IMG/VR virus record: IMGVR_UViG_3300033752_000023
Span: 2,391-66,390 of that record
Length of the DNA: 64,000 nt
Direction: 5' to 3' (one strand)
Source: a virus
Taxonomy: Duplodnaviria; Caudoviricetes
This document shows, in pieces, positions 8,168-18,700 of this stretch (position 1 is its first letter; the number at the start of each line of letters is the position of its first letter). The translations under genes were made by a program, and so were the position numbers. The notes below the pieces were generated by a model, which was given only the letters and a program-made list of their open reading frames with translations, was not told the DNA's origin and searched no databases.

Positions 8168-9097
8168 GTGGTATCCATGATTAAGCACTGGCAACACGTA
8201 GAGTATATTACTCAGGAAGATTACGATAAGTTTGCAAAATATAATATTCCTATAACTCCTAAAGAAGCTGGCTTACATTATAATACCGCAGTGTATATTG
8301 AATGTATTAATAGTGGTAAAAGGCTTGAAGGTATATATGACCCAGATATGAAAGGAATACGCAAACTAAACTTGAAAGGCAAAACTGCCAGCAATAGGGA
8401 TTTAAGACTATATTTAGATGCTATTCATAATCCTAAAATTACTATGATTGCTGTTGATGGTCTTATGGGAACAGGTAAGACTTCTACAGCTATAGAAGAA
8501 GTAATAAATCAGCATTTAATAAATGTCAAAATACCGGCTTTCATAGGTGAAGGTTATAAGCCAGACCCAGATGCTCACAAGATAATAATAGCAAAGCCAT
8601 ATATAAATGCTGGCGGTAAATATGAACAGTATGGATTCTTACCTGGTGACATAGATGATAAAATGGATCCAACCCTTTCCAACTTTATACAGTATTTTGA
8701 TAGATTCCATCCGGCAGGCTTTAATAATCTAAGAGAAGCGGGATACGTAGAGATTAAGCCACTAGGATTTATACGTGGACTAGATGCTAAAAACATGACT
8801 ATCATAGCAGATGAGACTCAAAATACTACAGAGTTAATATCACTGGCTACAAGGAAAGCCGAGAATTGTAGAATATTTTTCTTAGGGGACACAAGTCCCT
8901 TCCAAATTGACCTACCAGGAAATACACCTAAGAAGAACGGTCTGCGCCACATTATAGACCTGTTGCAAGGTGCCCCATACTTTCAGTATATTGAAATGAA
9001 GACCCTGGAACACATCGTTCGTAGCGATGAGGTAAGGGATATAGTACGTAGACTGTTCAAGAAGTATGGGCAAGACCCTCAAGAATGGGTAGTTTGA
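8168..9097 (+). CDS. phoH: PhoH-family ATPase
   Basis: GLMGTGKT P-loop, GFLPGDIDDKMDP, FIRG..IIADETQN, GD..QIDL. Confidence 0.9.
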   Translation: MVSMIKHWQHVEYITQEDYDKFAKYNIPITPKEAGLHYNTAVYIECINSGKRLEGIYDPDMKGIRKLNLKGKTASNRDLRLYLDAIHNPKITMIAVDGLMGTGKTSTAIEEVINQHLINVKIPAFIGEGYKPDPDAHKIIIAKPYINAGGKYEQYGFLPGDIDDKMDPTLSNFIQYFDRFHPAGFNNLREAGYVEIKPLGFIRGLDAKNMTIIADETQNTTELISLATRKAENCRIFFLGDTSPFQIDLPGNTPKKNGLRHIIDLLQGAPYFQYIEMKTLEHIVRSDEVRDIVRRLFKKYGQDPQEWVV

Positions 9098-9211
9098 GAG
9101 GGCTATTTCTGTAGGGTGAGTGCAGGGTGGGGATTTATTCTCCACCCTTTAGTGTTTTACTCATAAGAGAGAATTTCGGCTTGGTCAATTTTTATTAGTG
9201 CAAAAGAGGAG

Positions 9212-9394
9212 GTGCAGAACATGACAAAACTTCGCCTGATAACTGGAGATGTGTACACTGAACTATCTCCTGGAGAAGTTCGTTCTTATTTACAGGGGGG
9301 TAGTAAGGGAGGAACTATACCTGGCTACTTAGACATCGACAAAACTACTCCTATCCTCATAGCTGTTCACTCTATTGAATATATCTATGTATAG
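9212..9394 (+). CDS. Hypothetical protein, 60 aa
   Basis: GAGGAGG RBS; adjacent to the next gene. Confidence 0.55.
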   Translation: MQNMTKLRLITGDVYTELSPGEVRSYLQGGSKGGTIPGYLDIDKTTPILIAVHSIEYIYV

Positions 9395-9397
9395 GAG

Positions 9398-10084
9398 TTG
9401 ATGTGGGTGTCTAAGGATAATGCTAAGTCACTGCGTTGGTGGTTAGATGTCACCATTGTAGTATCAGTGTGCTTGACACTTGTAACGCTAATACTGGCAG
9501 TGACGAACCTTACTGAGGACAAAAAGAGGTTGGAACAAGAGGTAAAGGCGTTAAAGGATATTAGACGTGAGTTAATGAAGAATAATAGTATGCTTAATAG
9601 TGAGCTGGAGAATACTGAAATTCAGCTACAAGAAATACAGGAACAATATCAGCAGGTTAACGGTAAGGTAGAACAATTGCAGAAACGTAATGAGCAATTG
9701 CAAAAGGAGAATGATGCCCTAAAAAAGCAGTTACGCATGGAGAGGGCTAAGAAAACCTCTCCAATTTCATCTAGGGGTGTTCGTAAGAGTAATAAGTCCT
9801 TCTACATGAACTCTACTGCCTATACAGCTTACTGTAAGGGATGTTCCGGTAAAACTAGATGGAGAGAGTTGGATTTACGTGCTAACCCTAATCTTAAGGT
9901 GATAGCAGTAGACCCAAGCATCATCCCGCTAGGCACTAAAGTTTATGTAGAAGGCTACGGATACGCTATAGCAGCCGACACTGGTGGAGCTATACATGGT
10001 TATAAGATAGATATATTCATGCCAAGCAGACAACAGGCACTACAATGGGGTAGAAGGACTGTAAAGGTCACTATCATAAACTAG
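9398..10084 (+). CDS. Membrane-anchored coiled-coil protein with C-terminal 3D (MltA-like cell-wall hydrolase) domain
   Basis: N-terminal hydrophobic helix, heptad region, then STAY..VIAVDPSIIPLGTKVYVEGYGYAIAADTGGAI.G.KIDIF. Confidence 0.9.
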   Translation: MMWVSKDNAKSLRWWLDVTIVVSVCLTLVTLILAVTNLTEDKKRLEQEVKALKDIRRELMKNNSMLNSELENTEIQLQEIQEQYQQVNGKVEQLQKRNEQLQKENDALKKQLRMERAKKTSPISSRGVRKSNKSFYMNSTAYTAYCKGCSGKTRWRELDLRANPNLKVIAVDPSIIPLGTKVYVEGYGYAIAADTGGAIHGYKIDIFMPSRQQALQWGRRTVKVTIIN

Positions 10085-10246
10085 TATTAGTGGTAATGCT
10101 TCTGGACAGGAATTTATATTTTACAATAATTGTCTCCTACTTTGACCTACCACATGGTCATACGAAGGAGACAATTTTTGTCCTTCTGCTTAATTTAAGT
10201 TGCCAGCCGTCAAGAGCAAATAACAATACATGATAGGGGGATATTT

Positions 10247-13200
10247 ATGTTCAAGTTTACTGAAGAACAAATAGCGAAATATCGTGACATTACTCCACCA
10301 TTTGGTATGATTGGTTCTACAACCTATAAGAGGACATATTCAAGACCTATCTATGATGAAAACGGTAAGATGGTAAATAGAGAATCATGGTTGGATACTA
10401 TTGTACGTGTTATTGAAGGTAATGTTAATTTAGGTATAGAGAATGGTGATCCTACTGCAACGCCAGAGTGGGCAGAAGAAGCCTTGGAATATATGTTTTA
10501 CATGGGTGTTATGCCACCTGGACGTGGATATTGGATGATGGGAACGGAGTACGCTTATCAACGTGGTGGAGATGCTTTAAACAACTGCTGGTACGTAGCT
10601 ATTCGCCCGCAAAGCTACGAGGATATTGAAATGTTCAAGGACCAACCATATATTTTCTCTGATCCATGGAAAGAGATGCCTTCGTATCCATTTGTATTTA
10701 TGTTTGACCGGGCTATGTTGGGTGGAGGAGTAGGATTCGGTGCCAGTCGTAAGAATCTTAAATTAATGCCTAAGGTTACTACTGAAGTTGATCTTAAAAT
10801 CTTTCTACACCCTAATCATCCAGACTGGGAACGTATTATGGCTAGTGAGGAATGGGGTCGTATTAAAGATTATATTACAACGGACACAAATATTGCCCAG
10901 AAAGCCAAAGAAGAAGGTACTTACTATTTTACTACAGACAACCGTGAGGGTTGGAATATTTCTGTACGTGAAACTATTGATGGTCATTTTGTGAAGACTA
11001 AGCTAGATAAAAATAAGGTTACCCTGGTGGTTGACTTATCACGTATCAGACCATATGGGGCACCGATTAAAGGATTCGGTGGTACTGCTAGTGGTCCACT
11101 TCCACTTATTTCAGCCTTAGTGGAGATTAACAGAATACTTAATGCTCGTGTAGGTAAACGTATCACAAGTGAAGATACATTAGACATCATGAACTTGTTA
11201 GGGCGTTGTGTAGTTGCAGGTAATGTGAGACGTACTGCTCTTATTGCCTTGGGTGACGCTGATGACCCAGATTATGTTAATGCTAAGAACTACAAACTCG
11301 TTGAGCCAATTATGGAAAAAGATGAAAATGGTTACACTATCTGGGAAACTAATAAGTGGGGTCGGATGACACAAAAACGTAAGAGTTTTGATATAGTAGT
11401 GCAGGAACTATTAGACAAAAAATTATCTGAATTCTACAAGGACGGTAGAACTCCATCAGATGAACAATTAGCTGAGTTGAAAGCCAAAGCAGAGGAAGAA
11501 GCTAATTACCTATTTGAATTAGCTTGGAAGCAGGAGAACCATAGATGGGCTTCTAACAATTCTGTATATACTTACGAGATGTTTAAGGACCATCACTTCA
11601 TTGCCGCAGGTATTATTGCTAATGGTGAGCCAGGAGTAGGTAATGAGTGGTTAATGAAGAACTTTGGTCGTATTATGGACGGTTTTCAAGAAGCAATAGA
11701 TCGAGATGCAGAAGGGCTTAATCCTTGTTTTAGGGGCGACATGAGACTTCTAACAGTTGATGGGTATAAAACGTTTGAAGAGTTGGAAGGAACAGAACCA
11801 CTCATTATCAATAAGGATGGAGTTGTAGTTAAGGGTAAGGTCTGGTGCTCTGGGGTAAAAGATATTGTGGAGGTTAAGTTCCTTAATCGAGATAGTATTT
11901 TTGTTACTCCAGACCATGTGTTTATGTTGAATGATGGTACTGAGTGTCAGGCTAAGGACTTGAAAGGTAAGCGTATTATGCCATTCCTTACTGAAAACTA
12001 TAATCACGAGGATGAGTTTGTAAAACTTGGCTTTATTTTGGGGGATGGCTCATTCCGTATAACCAAAGGACATTTTGATGGTGTAGATGTAAATATAGGA
12101 AAAAAGGATACTGACGTGTGTGAAATGTTTGGTAGTCCTAAGCTTCAGTCTAGTGGTAGGGTTTTCTTCACTTCAGAGTTTAATGACCTGATTGAGCAAG
12201 TAGGTGTTGATACAGTACCTGTATACAATAGGTCATTGCCTTCTACTTATAGTGATTGGACAGACAGTCAGAAGCTAGGATTTTTACGTGGTTTGTATTC
12301 AGCTAATGGTAGTGTTTTAAATAACGGTCGTGTAACTTACAAGACTACTAGTGAGCAATTGGCATACCAATTAGTAGAGGCTTTGAGCGAGTTTGGTATT
12401 CATGCTTATGTGACATCTAACAGTCCTACAGACATTGCATGGCATAATGGCACGTACACATCAGCTCAAAGTTATGATGTAAATATACAAAGGTATGAAT
12501 CTCGGCTTGAGTTCTACAGACTAATTGGGTTTGTACAGCAATATAAGCAAAATAAACTTAGAACTACTCTAATTGAAACAGCTCCTATGGTTTGTAATGT
12601 AATTGAGCGTGGACAAGAGAAAGTGTATGACTTTACTGAACCTCTAACCCATTGGGGGGTAGTTGAGGGGGTTATAGCTCATAACTGCGCAGAAATCACA
12701 TTATGGAACTGTGAGCCTTGTAACCTAGTTGAATTTGTACCATACATGTGCATGAAGTCTGGCTTAGACTTCAAGAAGGCTTTACGTATTGCCACACAAT
12801 ACGCATATCGTATTACATTTGCTAAATACATCTGGAAAGCAACTGCTAGGGTAATAGCTCAGAACAGACGTATCGGTGTATCATTAACAGGTATGCAAGA
12901 CTACTTCCTTACTAAATATGGTCACTATGCAGTAAAAGGATTCGAGATTGACCCTGAGACAGGTAAAGAAGACATTACAAAGCCAATTTTTTACCAAGAG
13001 ATTGTAGATGAGTTAGATGAATGGTATAGCTACGTAAGGGAAGTTAACATGGAGCATGCTAGATTGATGGGTGATAATCCATCTATCAAGGTTACTACAG
13101 TTAAACCATCTGGTACAGTTGCTAAATTGCCTGGTGTATCATCTGGAATTCATTGGCACTATTCACCTTATATAATTCAGCGTATCCGATTCCATGAAAC

Positions 13201-13681
13201 AGACCCTAACTTGAAGGTACTGGAAGCATGTGGATTCCCTATTGAGAAGGCTGCTAAGGAACCTAATACAATGGTAGTGGAATTCCCTATCAAGAATCCT
13301 AACGCAGACCATCCTAACTTCTTGGGTGCTGGTGACATTCCATTAGAAGTGCAGTTTGCTAACCAATACTTATTTGCATATGCTTGGGCTGACAATGCGG
13401 TATCAGCAACATTGACATTCAAATATGAGGAAGTGGACAAAATCGAGCCGCTGTTGAAGGCTTACAACAACCGTATTAAGTCCACATCGCTGTTACCATA
13501 TAGTGGTCACGGATATGTTCAAGCTCCTTGGGAACCTATAACTAAAGAGGAATATGAAAGACGTGCAGCACAACTGAAGGCTACTCCAGAGGAAATGTAT
13601 GAACTTATACCACTGGTAACGGAAGCTGACGAAGAAATATTAGATCCAGACTGCTTAGGTGGTGCTTGCCCAGTTAAATAA
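10247..13681 (+). CDS. nrdJ: Class II (adenosylcobalamin-dependent) ribonucleotide reductase containing an intein
   Basis: PPGRG, ALNNC, VVAGNVRR, RWASNNS, NP|CAEI active site, RRIGVS, TTVKPSGT, C-terminal C..GACP. Confidence 0.93.
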   Translation: MFKFTEEQIAKYRDITPPFGMIGSTTYKRTYSRPIYDENGKMVNRESWLDTIVRVIEGNVNLGIENGDPTATPEWAEEALEYMFYMGVMPPGRGYWMMGTEYAYQRGGDALNNCWYVAIRPQSYEDIEMFKDQPYIFSDPWKEMPSYPFVFMFDRAMLGGGVGFGASRKNLKLMPKVTTEVDLKIFLHPNHPDWERIMASEEWGRIKDYITTDTNIAQKAKEEGTYYFTTDNREGWNISVRETIDGHFVKTKLDKNKVTLVVDLSRIRPYGAPIKGFGGTASGPLPLISALVEINRILNARVGKRITSEDTLDIMNLLGRCVVAGNVRRTALIALGDADDPDYVNAKNYKLVEPIMEKDENGYTIWETNKWGRMTQKRKSFDIVVQELLDKKLSEFYKDGRTPSDEQLAELKAKAEEEANYLFELAWKQENHRWASNNSVYTYEMFKDHHFIAAGIIANGEPGVGNEWLMKNFGRIMDGFQEAIDRDAEGLNPCFRGDMRLLTVDGYKTFEELEGTEPLIINKDGVVVKGKVWCSGVKDIVEVKFLNRDSIFVTPDHVFMLNDGTECQAKDLKGKRIMPFLTENYNHEDEFVKLGFILGDGSFRITKGHFDGVDVNIGKKDTDVCEMFGSPKLQSSGRVFFTSEFNDLIEQVGVDTVPVYNRSLPSTYSDWTDSQKLGFLRGLYSANGSVLNNGRVTYKTTSEQLAYQLVEALSEFGIHAYVTSNSPTDIAWHNGTYTSAQSYDVNIQRYESRLEFYRLIGFVQQYKQNKLRTTLIETAPMVCNVIERGQEKVYDFTEPLTHWGVVEGVIAHNCAEITLWNCEPCNLVEFVPYMCMKSGLDFKKALRIATQYAYRITFAKYIWKATARVIAQNRRIGVSLTGMQDYFLTKYGHYAVKGFEIDPETGKEDITKPIFYQEIVDELDEWYSYVREVNMEHARLMGDNPSIKVTTVKPSGTVAKLPGVSSGIHWHYSPYIIQRIRFHETDPNLKVLEACGFPIEKAAKEPNTMVVEFPIKNPNADHPNFLGAGDIPLEVQFANQYLFAYAWADNAVSATLTFKYEEVDKIEPLLKAYNNRIKSTSLLPYSGHGYVQAPWEPITKEEYERRAAQLKATPEEMYELIPLVTEADEEILDPDCLGGACPVK
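11726..12685 (+). mobile_element. Intein (320 aa) with LAGLIDADG endonuclease, inserted immediately before the RNR catalytic Cys
   Basis: EGLNP|CFRGDMRLLT...GVIAHN|CAEI; LGFILGDGS and FLRGLYSANGS motifs. Confidence 0.93.
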
Positions 13682-13699
13682 GAGAGAATTTACAAAAGG

Positions 13700-13939
13700 T
13701 TGGTTTCTTTAATTGAAACCAACCTTTATGTTTGGGGTGTTGATATGGATTTTGGTCTATTTTTATGTATATTAGGGCTAGGGACTTCTATACCATTTAC
13801 GTTGGTGATTATCATAAACCTGATTATTAAGGTTAGGGAAGGTGATAGATACCAATTGAATATTATATCTCTAGGTAAGGTTTATCTAGTAGCACTATTA
13901 GGCTGGGCTCTATTCTTTTCAACCCTCACAGGGAGGTGA
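13700..13939 (+). CDS. Small two-TM membrane protein (probable start ATG 13745)
   Basis: Two hydrophobic segments; GGGGT RBS before 13745. Confidence 0.6.
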   Translation: MVSLIETNLYVWGVDMDFGLFLCILGLGTSIPFTLVIIINLIIKVREGDRYQLNIISLGKVYLVALLGWALFFSTLTGR

Positions 13940-13944
13940 CCTTT

Positions 13945-14106
13945 ATGGAGGAGAAACAGGAAATAAGGTTTCCATATGCTACAGATATGGAAGAGAGAAG
14001 GAAAAAAGCATTGGAGAAGGCTATAGAGCATGAGAAATCGTTTATAAAAGCCAATACAGATGATGGTCTGTTTAAGAAACGCATGGGCTCTGATTTATTT
14101 AAGTAG
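13945..14106 (+). CDS. 53-aa protein not in the ORF track (MEEKQEIRFP...GSDLFK)
   Basis: GGGAGGTG RBS, ATG at 13945, TAG at 14104-14106; fills the gap between its neighbours. Confidence 0.65.
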   Translation: MEEKQEIRFPYATDMEERRKKALEKAIEHEKSFIKANTDDGLFKKRMGSDLFK

Positions 14107-14109
14107 GAG

Positions 14110-14334
14110 GTGGAAGCAATGAGTTATACATTTTTACGCTGGAATGGGCAATATGGTCATGACGCTAAGTTTGTTGTACAGGACAATAGCACAGGTCAAC
14201 AAGCTATATTTACTCCAGGTCGTACACAGGACCTAGTTTGGACTACAACTAAGCTAGATGAAACCCCAGAGATTTCTAAGTGGTCAGATTTTGGTAATGA
14301 AACAGTACATGATTTAGATGAAGTTGCCTTCTAA
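14110..14334 (+). CDS. Hypothetical protein (probable start ATG 14119)
   Basis: AGGAGG RBS before 14119; followed by a hairpin terminator. Confidence 0.65.
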   Translation: MEAMSYTFLRWNGQYGHDAKFVVQDNSTGQQAIFTPGRTQDLVWTTTKLDETPEISKWSDFGNETVHDLDEVAF

Positions 14335-14347
14335 TGAATACAGATAT

Positions 14348-14380
14348 AATTGCACCCTACTAATGGGTGCAATTTTTATT
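14348..14380 (+). terminator. Intrinsic terminator
   Basis: AATTGCACCC/GGGTGCAATT stem plus a T-rich tail. Confidence 0.75.
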
Positions 14381-14412
14381 ATCAGACATGAAAAGAGCGG
14401 GAGGTGTAAACT

Positions 14413-15762
14413 ATGGAATTGTATATTGATTTAGGTAAAGCTTTTAATACAGCTCGATTAGTTAAGAAACCAGTACAAGTGCATGGTAAGAATGGTAAAA
14501 TATTTACTCGTATGCAATGGGTTTACCCTGCGACTGATGAAGTTGTGTTTGAAGAGCCAGGGGGTAGGCATGATGAATACCATAATAGATTAAAAAAGAT
14601 GAGCGATGAAGAGAAAAGGTTTGCTCTGCAACAACTCTATAAGAATAAACCAGATAAGGTACGATTATTACTGCATAATTCTGATTTTCATGATCTACAA
14701 ACTGAACATAGCATTATTAATTATTTACATCATCATATCCATAATATACCTCAGCACATGTTAGAGGAATATTTACCTACATTAGACAATAATAGACAGG
14801 AAACTAGCAACATAGATGGTGTTTCTGAACAGGAATCTGAAAAATCTAAGAATAACTTTAAGATTCCAATATCATTAAAACACACAGATCATGGGCTTAC
14901 AAGTAAGGAAGTAAAGAAAAGACATGGTGAAATAGGAGATATAGATTTATCTAAACTTAGAATGGGAACAAAAGTGTCGGATTTTGATGGGGGTAATCTA
15001 GATGGAGATGATAGAAAGGTATTATCTCATATATTTAAAGACATAACAACAGAAGGGTTAGAATATGTATTTAGCCATCCAAAAGGTGAGTTTACTTGTT
15101 CATTCACAGACGTTATGGTATACAATAACGAGGATTACCCAAAGGCAAACATAAATTTTGATATATTAGATAAGGAAGGTAGTACAATAGGATTTGTTAG
15201 TAGGACCTTATGGAGAAATGAAGAAGGTCATTTGTGTGTATATAATGATGAACTATCAATAGATAAAGAGTATACAGGGTCAGGGATGGGTGATGTATTA
15301 TATAAGAGATCTGAACAGTTATGGAGGCATCTATCTGGTGGACATCCAGTAGAAATATCTCTATCAGCTAACATTAGTGTGGGTGTATATGCTTGGGCTA
15401 AGAAAGGTTTTGACTTTAAAATGCCTAATGAGTTACAAAGGACTAAGAATGAATTAGAAAAATTTTGTATAGAGAACAACATAGATTTAGGTAAAGCCCT
15501 CAAGAAAAGTGGATATAACAGTATAGATGATTTAAAACATTCTTGGGATTTTGCTACACTAGATGATGATAAAGAATATGACTTAAATTCTGTAGCTCCA
15601 AAGTACTTTAAGAAGGAGATAAAAGGTACTGGTCATTTAGGTAAAGCCTTTATGTTAGGTGGTAAATCTGAGTGGCTGGGGAAGAAAGTGCTTAATGCTG
15701 ATGATCATACAGAAAAAGTAGGAGATATACATGATGAGTTTAATAAAAGGAGGGTTAAATAA
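14413..15762 (+). CDS. Modular 449-aa protein: N-terminal KGK-QWV module plus C-terminal GNAT-like acetyltransferase
   Basis: MELYIDLGKAFNTARLVKKPVQVHGKNGKIFTRMQWV; acetyl-CoA motif A-like EYTGSGMGDVLY, then LSANISVGVYAWAKKGFDF. Confidence 0.75.
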   Translation: MELYIDLGKAFNTARLVKKPVQVHGKNGKIFTRMQWVYPATDEVVFEEPGGRHDEYHNRLKKMSDEEKRFALQQLYKNKPDKVRLLLHNSDFHDLQTEHSIINYLHHHIHNIPQHMLEEYLPTLDNNRQETSNIDGVSEQESEKSKNNFKIPISLKHTDHGLTSKEVKKRHGEIGDIDLSKLRMGTKVSDFDGGNLDGDDRKVLSHIFKDITTEGLEYVFSHPKGEFTCSFTDVMVYNNEDYPKANINFDILDKEGSTIGFVSRTLWRNEEGHLCVYNDELSIDKEYTGSGMGDVLYKRSEQLWRHLSGGHPVEISLSANISVGVYAWAKKGFDFKMPNELQRTKNELEKFCIENNIDLGKALKKSGYNSIDDLKHSWDFATLDDDKEYDLNSVAPKYFKKEIKGTGHLGKAFMLGGKSEWLGKKVLNADDHTEKVGDIHDEFNKRRVK

Positions 15763-18700
15763 TGGCTAAAAAGCTGAAGAGAACAGTTCCATATAAAGCT
15801 TCTAGTAAGGAAGGTTTATTTAAAGGTAAAGGTGATGCTTGGTTTCATCCAGAGGTTTTTGATGAAGAATATGAGCATAAGACTAATAAAGCTATAAGGA
15901 GGTTTTCTAGAAACAACAGAAAAGTCATATCTAAATGTATGGAATTGTATATTGATCTGGAAAAAGGTAGACTAAACACAGCCAAGTTAGTTAAAAGACC
16001 AGTACAGGTACGTGGTAAGGACGGTAAAATCTATACACGTATGCAGTGGGTAGACCCACATTCTGGAGAGCCAGTTAACAATCAACGTAGCCTTAAGCTA
16101 GAGAATGAAAAGGAACAGCCTAAGTTTAGAAGTCAAAAGGAGTATATTGACCACTATGTTAAAAACTTGTCTAGGGATGAAAAATATCATCTTATAGACA
16201 AACATGGTATTAAATGGGAACGTAACCACCATGAAGCTATAGACCACAAAAATGCTGTTATGGCTCTTAAGGAGCACCTCTATAAGAACCCACATCTAGT
16301 TGGGGTAGAACACCTACCTAAAGAGCCTGATGGTAGTAAGACACCGGAAGGTACAGATAGAATTGATGAGTGGCTAAAGAAATATAAGAATCATCCAGAG
16401 CTCCTATACAGAATGATGCACCATGCAGGTGTTCTTGATGACCCTACTGATCCACGCACAGTACCAGAATGGGGTCCAAAGGATAAAGGTGGTAATGGTA
16501 CAGCCCCTATACGCCACATGAGGAACATGATGACATTTAAAAAGCATCTGAAGGAAAATCCTCACCTAATGGATTTATATGACAGTCATGAGGAATTCGG
16601 TTTACCTAATACTAAAACTGGTTCTAAGTCCCATAAGCCAGAGCCTAAAGTAAAATCTAAGGCTCAAGAGGGTGGAAACACTATCCATGGCATATTGAAA
16701 AATATGAGTTCAGAAGAGCTATATGCTTTGATGAAACGCTTAGGCATAGCAGATAGAGATCCACGAACAGTACCAGAATGGGGTCCAAAGGATAAAGGTG
16801 GTAATGGTACAGCCCCTATCCGACATATGAGAAATATGATGGCTCTTAAGAAAGCTATCGAGCGAGACCCTTCTATCCTTAATTTAGACGAAAACGGTGA
16901 TTTGAGCGAACAGGAGAAAGAACGTTTGGCGAGTCTCAGTGGTAAGGAGAAGCTATCACATGATGTAGACGAATTCCTAAAGGGTGTTGACCGAAAATTA
17001 GTGCTTGCATGGGCTGACACATATGATTGGCATGATCATATGAAGAATCGTATTAAGAGTGACCATGAGCACATAGATAATATGCATAAGATTTCAGCTC
17101 TTAAGAAAATCATTATGGACAACCCTCATCTTATGGAAGAGGGTCCTATGAAGGAAGAATTTGATACAGACAGACTATTAAAAACTAAGATCAAGAACAA
17201 GGAAATGCAGAAAATATTACGTGAAGTAGTTGGATTGAAGGGTGTAGGAGACGTTAAGCAGGCAGAAAAAGGCGTAGAGTGGTCATTTGGGGTAGCTTCA
17301 TTTGCACGTATAGATAAAGACCAAGATGGTAAGGCAGTTTTATCAGTAGTAGATGCTGGTAAGGATGGAAGTGGATGGGATGAATACGTTTTCCCTATGG
17401 AAGATGTGGTTAAATACTTAGAAAAGATACGCAATGGTAAACAAGCGAAATTAAAGTCTAAAGAAGTACCTCTGCATAAGAAATCTCCTGCGGAGATGTG
17501 GAAAGCCATAGAAGAAGATTTTGATAAGAATTATACTCATGAAGTTGGGGAAGAGCTGAAAGATGAAATAGGAATGCTATATAGAACTCATGGATTTGAT
17601 AATGTAGATGCTTTCTTGAAGGAGTTACCTGTAAAGGTGTCTGGTGACACATTTAGAAAATTACTAGACAAATATGGAGTTTTATATAATCATTCTCAGA
17701 TTTACACTGATGGCGAAGCCTGGAAAGAAGTAGTATATAAAAGTCTTGTCGAAAAGACTAAGACTAAAAATGCTTCTGAATACCTAGTAATTAAGCCGGG
17801 CACAGATGAAGTAGATACATGGGTTCTACATCAATCAGCTAAGCATTGGAGCCCAGAGGAGCGTGCACAGGCTCGTAAGGAATTGATTCATAGACAAGTC
17901 CATATAGAAGATGAAGATGGTTTTGAGGACAAGGAGCATAGACGTGTCAAATTAGTAGACCACATACACCAGGCTTTAGAGTTCGTACCGTTTGATTTGA
18001 TGACAGATGTGCTGTGTTCTGGTAAGGGAGTTAAGCTGAAGTTTATGAAAACAGGAGAAGATGGTGGGGAACATTATGGTAACTATTTTGGGTATAGAGT
18101 AGATGGTCCTGTCATATATTTTGACCATAGGTATGTAAAGGATGACTCTGTATTAAAGGCATCTCACCCATTAGACCATACACCTAAACCTAGGTTGCTT
18201 GGTATAAGTAGAAAGCTCATATATTCAGCATTTGCTGATACCTGTGCTCATGAATTTGCCCATGCTATAGACCATTTCCTATCTGGTAGTATAGGGACAT
18301 ACTTAACCTGGGACAATCCTATAGGCAGGAAATATGCTGAAGGTCACACTGATGCAGTTATTAGGTCTTATAAGGCTTCCGTAGAGCGTTCAAATCCTAA
18401 GAAATACTTAGGCGCAGCTAGAAATGGTAACACTAGGTATTTCTGGCATTTGGATGAATGGATTTCAAGTTATGAGGGTCGTATCTATAATAGAAGGTAC
18501 ACTGACCCATCCCTTATGGATAATTATATAGGTCGAGATGAGAATGGTCAATTGTTAGATAAGGCATGGGACACAGAAACAGATGAACGTGGGTTAGAAC
18601 ATTGGAGTGAGAATACATCCAGGTATGCAAATGCTTTCCATGCTTATAGGAGATGGAGGGAAGAGACAGGAAATACTAGTACATCTATGGATTCCTGGGC

